Source: a virus. Taken from it: DNA of 64,000 nucleotides. The number at the start of each line of letters is the position of its first letter. Positions within the stretch are counted from its first letter, which is position 1. Below the pieces are notes generated by a model. That model was not told the DNA's origin, ran no database searches, and saw only the letters and a program-made list of their open reading frames with translations. Positions 10,563 to 20,739 of the stretch are shown here, one piece after another. Where the stretch lies: positions 49,910 to 113,909 of the IMG/VR virus record IMGVR_UViG_3300028837_003833. One strand, written 5' to 3'. The translations under genes were made by a program, and so were the position numbers.

Positions 10563-13500
10563 CTACAGGGCAAACTTTAGAGTCTCGATGTCCTGATCCC
10601 CTTTTTTTATTGCATCTTCCAGCATCTTCGCTCGTTGATCGCATCCAAACTCCTTGTGGAATTTCATATAAAGCCACAAATATTTATTATCTATTACTCC
10701 CTCGTTAATAATCGAACTCTTAATTTGATTATAACGACCGGTACGTAGATATCCCAAAAAATTATCCAAATCAATTGCTGTAGGATTATTTTCATTATAA
10801 TTTTCTGAAGTATAATAATCATATTCTAAATTACCCTGAGCATCCTTCCATGGCATACCCAATCTCTCCTTAATGTAATTATACTGTACATGAAGATTAT
10901 TGTCGGATATCTGAACAAACTTTATATCCCCAAGGATACCAAAATAAACATGTGCAGGAGTATTATTAGAAGTAAGATTATATATACCAGATCTTAATAT
11001 CCCAACATCTACTGATTCTATTTTTATAGGAAGAATATCACAAAATAAAAAACCACTACTATAATCACCCGTTATGCTATCAACAAAAGCATGCATATCT
11101 CTATTATCTGGTAACAACGTATTATAAGTATTAAAGGTTATAGCATGTATACTATTATTGGCTACCTGTACTGTCCCTTCAAGAGCCATATTCAAAACCT
11201 TAAATGCAACAACATCTTTTAAATCCGCTTTAAGTAAGGTATTACCTACATCTATTGTTTTTGTAGTAGATAATAATCTTATAGCACTATAGTTACCATA
11301 ACTTACAGAAAGTGAACTTGAATTAAATAAAGGGGTAAAAGTGGGATTTGATAAAGGATGTATCGAATTGATAAAGGTACTTAATGTTTCAATATATTGT
11401 GTGCTTAAATCATAACCCGTTAAAGAATATGTACCACTATAAGTGAGTTTACAATTAATAACTAATCTATCTCTTGTCTTTGGAATATTAAATGTAGCCT
11501 CATTAACTATAAAATTAGGATACCCAGGAATAGGAACTGCTGGACCAGTAGCAGTTCGTAAACTAAGTCCTAAAGCAGGGGTTTTTACATAACCAACATT
11601 TACATTAACACTAGTACCAGTTGTTTTTAAAACCTTAGGGATATACGTAGGTAAAAGATTCCTACTCAAAGTACTTCCAAGCCCACTTAAAACTTCAGAA
11701 TCCGCAAGAGATAAAAGAATTGATGGAGCTAGTGCATTATCTATACTATTAACTAATCCACTTATAGTACTATTAGCAGTTTCGCTGAAGAAAAATGTAC
11801 GTTCATAAGTATAATCAAACTTCCAATCACACGATAAATCCATAGTTCTTGCTATGCTATCTATAGCAATATCAGAATCGGTAAAAACATAGCCAGTTCC
11901 AGGACTTATACTCATAACATCATCATCATTAAGATAGATGTTATCTACTATAGATCGTGGCACATCAGCATATAAATTAGGAAGATAATTATATTCAAAA
12001 TAACCCGGATTAAATTTATCATCTCGAGTAAATTTTAAACTAGCATAAAATAATTTATTTACAACAGTATTCTTATTAATCCTATCCATCAAACTCAAAA
12101 GATTTTCATTATCAGGAGCCATAGAATGACCTGATCCCGCGAGAGGAATACCATATCCTAAAGTCTTATTAGGTTGACCAAGATCTGCAGCATCAAAATA
12201 ATCAATAGAATCACTCTTAAAATAAATCCAATTGTTTCTTATTTCATAATGAGCATTATAATCCCAGCTATAAATATCAAAAGCTAATATATCTCTCCTA
12301 AAACCCTGTGGATTATTATACAGAGTATCAATATAAGCTGTCTCAGGACTCGCCATATTAAATTTATAAGAAGATCCATAGCTATATCTCTTAGAAGACA
12401 TTTTTATATTATATTTCTGAATAACCTTCATATTTATTCGAGTAAGCTCCCAACCTATAAGCTGTAAATTCTTATATTCTGTTGTTCCGTCATCCATAGT
12501 AACTGTGAAAGATTTAATTATTGGAGTATAAGCGCTATACAATTCAGGACTTTTATATAAACCCTGAATCTCAGGATCTCCTATGACAGAGGCAGTAAAA
12601 AAAACTCTATTACCATTCACATCCGGATCTCCATCATCATTAAATCGAGACAAGGTTATTGCTTGAGCAAGTTCATTAACAGTATTATATTTACGTAAAT
12701 TAAACCTTATCTCATTATCCTCACTACCCCCATTTCTTGTTAAGATAAGTTCTTTTAATACCGCTACTGAAGGTTTATCTTCTGTAATCTTTATTTGATT
12801 ATACTGTTCTTCTGTGATAGGACTCCCACTATCAATCAAAGTTATAATTTCCTGTGGAGCCATATAACTTTTAAAATCACCAGAATCATAATCCGAAAAA
12901 GAGACCGACCAGGTTTCTCCATCAAGGCACCCTACTTCAATCACTTCTTCACCATCAATAATTTCCCAATTGCCTGCTACCGGGATATCCTCAATAGCAG
13001 TTTTATTGATATTTCCATTTGCAGTATACATAGGAAAACAAAAGACTGCGTTTTTTATACTCGCCACTGTTCTACTATTTGCTTCATTACCACTGATAGC
13101 CTCGATATAAGTATCTACATATATCGTTGATAACCAATCAAGTCCTATAGGAAGAATAGTGTTATCCTTAATAACAAAAGTGGTTGATAAATCTCCATTA
13201 GGAATAGGTTCATATACTGAAGAAGCTCCTAAAATTTTCTCGCCATGATATTTAAAATTTGAAATTTCAGACGATATCTCTGAAAGAGTTTTAAAAGATA
13301 AGTCATCTTTCTGTAATGAAAAGACAAATTGATCAGAAATAGTAGTATCTTTGACTACTTTATTACCCTCATCTATTAAATTATAAAATAATACGTCAAA
13401 CTTTTTGACGCCTAAATCATCCCTATATACCCTATAGTAGCATTGATTAAGTTCTTTATCCAAATCATTATAAATACTATTTGTAATAATATAGGGTGAT

Positions 13501-16500
13501 ACTCTATCTCCTCCTTCTTCTACATAATCAGATGTTAAATTGAATGCATCACATAACAAACTTCTATTAGCATAAGGTACTGAAGCACTATAAACATTTG
13601 TATCTAATTCCAAAGCTAATGCTGCTAAAGTCTTATATTCATACGTATCCCCTACTTTATTATAAAGCTTATAGGACTTAGTAATTATTTCATCTTCACT
13701 TGAATCTGTGTAATATTGAGTATATCTCAATATAAGAGTTTTCTGACCTGCATCATCATAAAAAACACCATAGTTAAGATCTTTAAAATTATCCCCTATT
13801 AAATAATTATTCAACGTAATAGTCATACCGACAGAACTGTATTTTAAAAGATAGTAACCACCAAAATATGAAAGATTAAAACCTGGCAATTCTCTTATCT
13901 CATGTGTATAAACTCTATCCTCAACTTTTTTATTAAGAAATAATATTCTTGGATCAGAAGTCCGATGATCAGCTACATTTGTTGTATTAAGAGTTATACC
14001 ATTTACAGGATTAATAAGTTGATCTGTTACATAACAAAATCTAGAAACAATATCATTTTCATAATGCTCAAAAATGTTTTCAGCTGAAAATATCGAGACA
14101 CCCTCATATGTATATTGCGAGATTTCAGAAGAAACTTGATCTATTGTTTTATAAACAATTATAGGAATACCATTTAAATTCTGTTTATCATATAAGTAAA
14201 CTAAACAAGTAACACTGGGAATAGTTACTCCATTACTTTCAAGGTTAAAAAGAATCTGAATATATTTTCCATCATAGGTTGAGGAAAGAGTAACCTTTGG
14301 ATTTGAAACTACATAAGTTGATTGAGAGGATAATGATATTTTAATAGTAGGTTCTTCTTTTAACCCAATAGTTAAAACACCCGTATTTATATTATACATC
14401 TGTTTAGCATTTTTTTGATATATAATACCTCTTTCAAGACTCATAACCCATCGAATATATTCTTTCTTCCAAGTATTATTATTATCCTCATTAAGATTAT
14501 AATAAAAAAGATATTTACTATAAAAAGCATTATATAAATTCCAGGCAAAAAGAGTCTGATTATAGGTCAAAGCAATATCAGGAGTAGCACTATCTTCAGA
14601 ATGAACAAGATCGGGATAAAGTATGCGATAAACCGGTCCATTAGTATCAACCAAAAATCTTAACTGTTTTTCATACGAAGGAATTCTTTGCCTTAAAATA
14701 TCAGAAATACCTAAAACAGTGCCATTGTCAGGCATTGCAAGATAATTTTGATAAATACTATTTACACGATTTAAATTACCCTGATCAAAAGCTCGAGCAA
14801 TCTTATCACTATAATCATAAAGATCTCTTATGATAAGTTCTTCTGTTTGCCATGCCTGTTTTTCAAGAAGTAAGTTTTTATAGATATTATCAGGATCATA
14901 AAAATTCTCATAAACTTTTTCTGATGAATACCCATAATCACCTACTATTGGTTTACCTGTTTCAGTAACTACTCCATCATCATTAATAGATCCATCATTA
15001 CTTACTTTAAACCACCAATTACGATCCTTAGCTTTCAAAGAAATAACATGATAATACCCTAATGAACTATTAGCATCATACATCTTCTCAAGAGTCAAAT
15101 AAAAATAGTCCGCAAATCCTTTAGGAAGTTCATTTGTCGTACCATCAGAGATATCATAAACAGTATAAGGAGGAATACTGGGAACTATAAACTTTGTTAT
15201 AAAATTATTTCGAAGAGCATCCATAACATCATCAATATTTCGCTCTTCTTTAAACGAAAGCTTTGATAAATCAATTTCACCTATAGACTCCCAACTACCC
15301 TCAGAATCCTTTTTAACCCAAATCTTAAAATTCTTAGCACTCTGAGCATTAGGAAAAAACAATTTTAAAAAACTACCAAAGAAAGGTTTCTTTATCTTAC
15401 GAGAATCCTCAATCAATCCCTCAATAGACTCTCCATAAGATGTAGCACCAAGATTACCCCGATCATCACACATCGGAAAAGATTCTTTCTCCTGACGATA
15501 TATCCAAATTCTATCACCATCTGAGGGAAGATTTTCTATTAAAGTATCAAAAGGTGCATCCTCACCATTAATCAAACCACTAGTTATATCATATAATTTT
15601 ACACCCGTATCAGTAAATTTATTAGTAATCATATACTCATAATCTTTATCATCAGGAGAAATTATCTCTGAAATAGTATAATATTTCTTAAACTTTTCCT
15701 GTTTAATCTTGTCTCCAACTTCAACAACTTTAAGAAAAGAATAATTGTCGGGTGAAAAACTTCTATCATCTGATGGTACATCAACACTATAATATCCTAT
15801 AAGATTCTTATCTATGTAATCTTCTTCCCATACCTTAAAAATAAGATCTGATGTTTTATTCCAATAGGGACGATCCGATTTAACAATACCTACCGTAACA
15901 ATAGTATTCTTATCATTTTTGTATTTTATATTACAACAGTAAACTTCATTAAACGTTAGATACTCTTTTTTAAACCTGTGATAATAGTCCGGGGCAGCAC
16001 CCTCATACCCTACAGGATAAAATTTTGAAAATCCATTTTGGATCTGATCAATATCCTCATCTTTAGTAAGTGTATAATCTTCTGTTTCTACATATTGATC
16101 TTCCAAACTATAATATCCATCTACTTCTCCAATAGCATTACTATGAGCAGTCTTAAAACCAAGACCGAGCTGTAACTCTCCACTTAGTCCCCTCAAGCGC
16201 TCCTTATACCATTTATAAAATCTAAGATAAAGTTGCTTTTTAATATATTCATCACGTAAAAGATAATCAAGATTAAAGGTACCTCCCTCGTAAGTGGGCA
16301 CAGCATCATTCGTAGCACCACTATCATTACCTTGACCTCCTCCAGATCCTTTTTGTTCTATTATCTCTTCAATTTGAGGCACTACAACAATTTCAGAGAA
16401 GTTTCTTTCAGTTAATTTTTGAATGTAAAATTGATCAATATTCTGATACTCAAAATAAACGTCTAACCGATACCCTATAGGAAGAGAAGAAAGATACCTG

Positions 16501-19500
16501 CATGAACATGTAATCGAGTCACCTTCATTTTCATACAAATTATCAAGACCCATATAACTAATAAGATACCTATCCAAAGATTCAACAGGAGTTACCAATT
16601 CTATGACACCATCATCTAAAGAATAATCAGTATCAATTTCCAATTTCTTTTCATTAATATTTCCAACAGAGATAAAATCATCGACATTACAGAACTTTAT
16701 ATAACCCGTATAGGATTGAACAGCCACAGTGTATTCTATTACAGGATTCATGATAAGATCAAAACCACCAGCATATGAGGAAACATTCAATACCTGATAA
16801 ATCTCACTCTCTCCAATAATAAGCAATGTACCTATTCTTATGTCCTGGATCAAATAACCCGAAAATATAAACTTTGAATTTTCATAATCGATGCTCAATA
16901 GAGTGTTCGTGAGATCTTCCCAATTCTGAGTTAAAGCAATAGATTGAAATGGAGATACCATATTCTCGATGATGCTACTCGATAATGATACCACGGTATT
17001 ATCTGAAACATACTCAGACCCTATAACTTTACTGAAAAAATATCTCTCACTTATTTGATTAATAAATGAAACTATCTTACCTGGAGTATAAAAAGATGAG
17101 ACATCAACATCCTTTACCGTAAATTCATTCTTACCTTTAAAAAGCTCCAACAAAGTATATTTATAAAGCTCAGTGATAATTGTAAATGTATAAGGTAAAT
17201 TTATATAAGTCTCTTCTTCAAAAGGTACTAAAGCACTTGGGCTCCAAACTCCTGCACCAAGATAATATTCCTCTTCACCAGAATGTTCTATGGTAAATGG
17301 TAAATAATCCGGAACCCCCAGGTATGGTACATTGTTTTTAAAAGTAGACGGAGTAGCTTGAATAGCTTTAGCAAGAGCATAAATATCTTGGTAATCTGTT
17401 GTAAGAAACTCATACTTAACAGGATTACTAATACCGGAAACAAATTCTTCTATAAATATTTTATCCTCTAAAAACAATACTTTAGCATTCCCCTCAAAAC
17501 CTTCAGGAGCCTGATACCATAATGAAAAAGCTGGCTGAACAGGATCTTGCAGAATAAACTTATCCGCAGGAAGAGTCGTGATTCCCTCTTCATACACCGG
17601 TGATCTGGAGAATACTATATTAGATGTAAGAGTAGATCTTAAATTTGGATAGATACCGATATCCGTAGAGTTCCCATTGACCGTTATGGATGTTATCGTG
17701 TAAATTTCCTGATTACTAATCAGTAAAAGAGCATCTATTTTAAGATTTGTCGAAACAAAAAGAGATCCACCATTAAAGGTTATGTGGTCTGAACTTATTG
17801 GAGATGAAGTATCTATGACCACATCACTTGATAAGGATTCCCAAGTAATACTCGCATCAAAAACAGAAAAAAGAGGATCAACCGCAGTTTCCGGAAATGT
17901 TCCATAAATATCTACCTGAGTACTTTGATTCTGGTATGTCACATCCTTTAGCATAAAATAGTTTGTAGATTCTGGATCTTTATTATCCATCCTTAATATG
18001 ATACCAGCTCTTAAAATATCAGTCTTATCATACCCTTCAATTAAAAAAGAACTATCACCTTCATTTATCACAGTATAAAGGAGTAAAACAGGAGCATAAG
18101 GTAAGACATCAGATTGTATACTATAAGTTCCTACAACAATATCTCCATCACGAGGAGTATCCCCATTTAAAGAAGAATCAAGAGTTATCATTTTTTTGAG
18201 GTCATCATACTTAGCATTCTGAACATTAAAAATACGATCGGTATCTTTTGCCTTAATTTCTAAAATATTTTCAGGAAGGATACTACCAGAAAAGTTATAA
18301 TTTCCATCCACTTTATCACTATCAAATAAAATCTTTTTAGGTACAGACACTGTAGGATTATTAACAATAAATATTAATCTCTTACTACCAGATTCATTTT
18401 GAGTAAATTCAAGTACATCCTCAAGTATGGTATACACATAATCAGTACTATTAGCAATACTCTGAGCTACACAATTTATCTGAGACATAGGAGTATATGA
18501 TGCTTTTACATCTACCGTAATTTCATTAGAGGGAAACAATTGAATATATCCCGTGACATATGACACCATAAAATCTATTCCTTCAATAAGCAATCGGGTC
18601 TTAGTAGTAGGTACCCCTGTATCAGATAAAACATTATATTTTTTTGTAAGATATAATGAATCTGTTATCAAAGGAAAACTCTTAAGTCTCATTTGACCTA
18701 AATCAACTTTTTCATCCTTTATATCAATTCCCTCAACATAGTAAGAAACAAGTACTGCTTCATCCTCTTTCATAGGAGAAGTAAGATTAAATGCTCCCGA
18801 TTCCGGATCAATAATAAAATCAACATCTCGAATCAAATTATTTGTGTCTGTATCTTCAAAGTAAATTGTATAATCTATATCATTTATTCCAGAAACTCCT
18901 GGTACTACCAGATTATTAGGATCTTCTACCTCATCTTCTCTCACACCTTTTATTACACTTATACCATCCCATACAATTTTTTTAGGATAAGTAAGAGTAT
19001 CTATTAAAGACTCCCGATTGGTATGCTCTACGAAAGTAACTATCCCAGCTTCATAATTAGCTACATATTCAGAATTAACACCTTTTTCTAAACCAGCAAC
19101 TTTTATTGAAAAATCATCAGTTGATATAATATCCTGGACAGGTCTTGTTACGGTTATTCCACTTTCTTGAACTTTTTCATTAATAACCATATTCCCATCA
19201 AAAGAAGAATTAATAGGATTAACCTGTACTTCATCAGTCATGCTACCAAGAAATTTTATATATGCTACTTCTCTTTCTTCATAAGGAGGAATAGGATACA
19301 TAATCTCAGGGCTATCAGTATAATTAATTACATAATCTACACCTTCGACACCCACTTTAAGTTCTTCTCCATTAGGACCCATCATAATTTGAAGGCTACT
19401 ATGAGGATAAGGGATAGGGCTTAAAGACACATCTGAAACAGGAGACGTATTATTATTCACTAAAGTCTTAGAAGAGCTTAAAACCGTTGATAGATCGGGT

Positions 19501-20102
19501 TTAGTTCTTAAGGTACCTTTTTGAAACTGAACATTCAATCCAGTATCAAGATTAAAAACATTTGATGGAGCTATGATAGGATCTGACATATTCATGCCAG
19601 TGACTCCCCACTCACTCTCATCTTTATAGTAGACTATATTATTGTCAGATTTTTCATATTTTACACTATCTAAAAGAACTTTTTCTATTAAACAAGGACC
19701 CGTCTGAATATCGGGATCGGTAATATTGTTTTTAGAATATTTTTCTACTGTATAGATATCAGTACCCTGTATCCCTGTAATAGTATAAATAGATCGATCG
19801 GTATCAAGTTTAATTTTATCCCCAGATACTATATTCTGAGCACCAGTATAGCCCTTGATTATATTACTGTTTTGAGTAAAAGTACCATACCCATTAAGAT
19901 CATTACCAATAAGAGAACTCTGAATCAAATAATCTTTATTGACACCAGTCTCACCTGTTTTCACGATAGGAATTTCATCTTCAGCTACAGGATTTACTTC
20001 TACTGATCTCGTTGTAGGAGCATTTTTTGTACTTATACGAGCACCACGTACTACGGTATCTTCAAGATAAAGTGACTTTAAGTTAAAAATATCAGATCCC
20101 AT
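10563..20102 (-). CDS. Giant virion structural protein (3179 aa), repeat-containing, baseplate/fibre region
   Basis: Uninterrupted 9.5-kb ORF, rich in Asp/Ser/Thr/Tyr/Ile, with two internal repeat types; lies between spike and wedge genes. Confidence 0.85.
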   Translation of the reverse strand: MGSDIFNLKSLYLEDTVVRGARISTKNAPTTRSVEVNPVAEDEIPIVKTGETGVNKDYLIQSSLIGNDLNGYGTFTQNSNIIKGYTGAQNIVSGDKIKLDTDRSIYTITGIQGTDIYTVEKYSKNNITDPDIQTGPCLIEKVLLDSVKYEKSDNNIVYYKDESEWGVTGMNMSDPIIAPSNVFNLDTGLNVQFQKGTLRTKPDLSTVLSSSKTLVNNNTSPVSDVSLSPIPYPHSSLQIMMGPNGEELKVGVEGVDYVINYTDSPEIMYPIPPYEEREVAYIKFLGSMTDEVQVNPINSSFDGNMVINEKVQESGITVTRPVQDIISTDDFSIKVAGLEKGVNSEYVANYEAGIVTFVEHTNRESLIDTLTYPKKIVWDGISVIKGVREDEVEDPNNLVVPGVSGINDIDYTIYFEDTDTNNLIRDVDFIIDPESGAFNLTSPMKEDEAVLVSYYVEGIDIKDEKVDLGQMRLKSFPLITDSLYLTKKYNVLSDTGVPTTKTRLLIEGIDFMVSYVTGYIQLFPSNEITVDVKASYTPMSQINCVAQSIANSTDYVYTILEDVLEFTQNESGSKRLIFIVNNPTVSVPKKILFDSDKVDGNYNFSGSILPENILEIKAKDTDRIFNVQNAKYDDLKKMITLDSSLNGDTPRDGDIVVGTYSIQSDVLPYAPVLLLYTVINEGDSSFLIEGYDKTDILRAGIILRMDNKDPESTNYFMLKDVTYQNQSTQVDIYGTFPETAVDPLFSVFDASITWESLSSDVVIDTSSPISSDHITFNGGSLFVSTNLKIDALLLISNQEIYTITSITVNGNSTDIGIYPNLRSTLTSNIVFSRSPVYEEGITTLPADKFILQDPVQPAFSLWYQAPEGFEGNAKVLFLEDKIFIEEFVSGISNPVKYEFLTTDYQDIYALAKAIQATPSTFKNNVPYLGVPDYLPFTIEHSGEEEYYLGAGVWSPSALVPFEEETYINLPYTFTIITELYKYTLLELFKGKNEFTVKDVDVSSFYTPGKIVSFINQISERYFFSKVIGSEYVSDNTVVSLSSSIIENMVSPFQSIALTQNWEDLTNTLLSIDYENSKFIFSGYLIQDIRIGTLLIIGESEIYQVLNVSSYAGGFDLIMNPVIEYTVAVQSYTGYIKFCNVDDFISVGNINEKKLEIDTDYSLDDGVIELVTPVESLDRYLISYMGLDNLYENEGDSITCSCRYLSSLPIGYRLDVYFEYQNIDQFYIQKLTERNFSEIVVVPQIEEIIEQKGSGGGQGNDSGATNDAVPTYEGGTFNLDYLLRDEYIKKQLYLRFYKWYKERLRGLSGELQLGLGFKTAHSNAIGEVDGYYSLEDQYVETEDYTLTKDEDIDQIQNGFSKFYPVGYEGAAPDYYHRFKKEYLTFNEVYCCNIKYKNDKNTIVTVGIVKSDRPYWNKTSDLIFKVWEEDYIDKNLIGYYSVDVPSDDRSFSPDNYSFLKVVEVGDKIKQEKFKKYYTISEIISPDDKDYEYMITNKFTDTGVKLYDITSGLINGEDAPFDTLIENLPSDGDRIWIYRQEKESFPMCDDRGNLGATSYGESIEGLIEDSRKIKKPFFGSFLKLFFPNAQSAKNFKIWVKKDSEGSWESIGEIDLSKLSFKEERNIDDVMDALRNNFITKFIVPSIPPYTVYDISDGTTNELPKGFADYFYLTLEKMYDANSSLGYYHVISLKAKDRNWWFKVSNDGSINDDGVVTETGKPIVGDYGYSSEKVYENFYDPDNIYKNLLLEKQAWQTEELIIRDLYDYSDKIARAFDQGNLNRVNSIYQNYLAMPDNGTVLGISDILRQRIPSYEKQLRFLVDTNGPVYRILYPDLVHSEDSATPDIALTYNQTLFAWNLYNAFYSKYLFYYNLNEDNNNTWKKEYIRWVMSLERGIIYQKNAKQMYNINTGVLTIGLKEEPTIKISLSSQSTYVVSNPKVTLSSTYDGKYIQILFNLESNGVTIPSVTCLVYLYDKQNLNGIPIIVYKTIDQVSSEISQYTYEGVSIFSAENIFEHYENDIVSRFCYVTDQLINPVNGITLNTTNVADHRTSDPRILFLNKKVEDRVYTHEIRELPGFNLSYFGGYYLLKYSSVGMTITLNNYLIGDNFKDLNYGVFYDDAGQKTLILRYTQYYTDSSEDEIITKSYKLYNKVGDTYEYKTLAALALELDTNVYSASVPYANRSLLCDAFNLTSDYVEEGGDRVSPYIITNSIYNDLDKELNQCYYRVYRDDLGVKKFDVLFYNLIDEGNKVVKDTTISDQFVFSLQKDDLSFKTLSEISSEISNFKYHGEKILGASSVYEPIPNGDLSTTFVIKDNTILPIGLDWLSTIYVDTYIEAISGNEANSRTVASIKNAVFCFPMYTANGNINKTAIEDIPVAGNWEIIDGEEVIEVGCLDGETWSVSFSDYDSGDFKSYMAPQEIITLIDSGSPITEEQYNQIKITEDKPSVAVLKELILTRNGGSEDNEIRFNLRKYNTVNELAQAITLSRFNDDGDPDVNGNRVFFTASVIGDPEIQGLYKSPELYSAYTPIIKSFTVTMDDGTTEYKNLQLIGWELTRINMKVIQKYNIKMSSKRYSYGSSYKFNMASPETAYIDTLYNNPQGFRRDILAFDIYSWDYNAHYEIRNNWIYFKSDSIDYFDAADLGQPNKTLGYGIPLAGSGHSMAPDNENLLSLMDRINKNTVVNKLFYASLKFTRDDKFNPGYFEYNYLPNLYADVPRSIVDNIYLNDDDVMSISPGTGYVFTDSDIAIDSIARTMDLSCDWKFDYTYERTFFFSETANSTISGLVNSIDNALAPSILLSLADSEVLSGLGSTLSRNLLPTYIPKVLKTTGTSVNVNVGYVKTPALGLSLRTATGPAVPIPGYPNFIVNEATFNIPKTRDRLVINCKLTYSGTYSLTGYDLSTQYIETLSTFINSIHPLSNPTFTPLFNSSSLSVSYGNYSAIRLLSTTKTIDVGNTLLKADLKDVVAFKVLNMALEGTVQVANNSIHAITFNTYNTLLPDNRDMHAFVDSITGDYSSGFLFCDILPIKIESVDVGILRSGIYNLTSNNTPAHVYFGILGDIKFVQISDNNLHVQYNYIKERLGMPWKDAQGNLEYDYYTSENYNENNPTAIDLDNFLGYLRTGRYNQIKSSIINEGVIDNKYLWLYMKFHKEFGCDQRAKMLEDAIKKGDQDIETLKFAL

Positions 20103-20121
20103 TATTATTCCTTTTTATTCT

Positions 20122-20739
20122 TCAACTTATCTTTGTAAAAACTGATGGTATACCAACTACCGGTACTGGCCCTGCTGGAGGAACTGGAGCTATTACTCCA
20201 GTAACAACTGTTGTAAACTTCACAGAAGTCTTTAAATGATTCACAATACCGAAAGAAATACAATCACATAATTTAATTGCATCTCTACCCTTTAATTGTT
20301 TTGAAAGCATAGTTGCATACATAATTTTAGAAAGAGCTTGATCACTAAGCGCAGTAAAAGTCCCTACACCCCCTCCTACTGCGATACCTACTGCAGAACC
20401 AGAAAGTATCATACCCATAAGAATCTGAACTAATCCTAAAGATATGGCATCAAATAATTTTTTTATATCTCTACCCTTTAAATTTTTAGAGGCAGCTTTA
20501 GTAAACATAAACCCACTCATAGCTGTGGGCACTAACCCAACAACTACGATACTATTTATATTCCCTACCGGACCTGCGGTACCACTTAAACTACATGTTA
20601 CTAAATTAGGGAGTACAAGATATTTTGATACCGATGAACCTATTACTCCTGCTAATTTTATAGCATCCCTACCAGTCAATTTTCTTAAAGCAAACTGACC
20701 TTGAATAGCTCCTGATATTGCTTTAGACACTATAGGCAT
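20122..20739 (-). CDS. Hydrophobic Gly/Ala-rich protein with three LxGRDxxKL repeats (205 aa), spike-associated
   Basis: LTGRDAIKL, LKGRDIKKL, LKGRDAIKL; start overlaps the spike gene stop by 1 nt. Confidence 0.75.
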   Translation of the reverse strand: MPIVSKAISGAIQGQFALRKLTGRDAIKLAGVIGSSVSKYLVLPNLVTCSLSGTAGPVGNINSIVVVGLVPTAMSGFMFTKAASKNLKGRDIKKLFDAISLGLVQILMGMILSGSAVGIAVGGGVGTFTALSDQALSKIMYATMLSKQLKGRDAIKLCDCISFGIVNHLKTSVKFTTVVTGVIAPVPPAGPVPVVGIPSVFTKIS

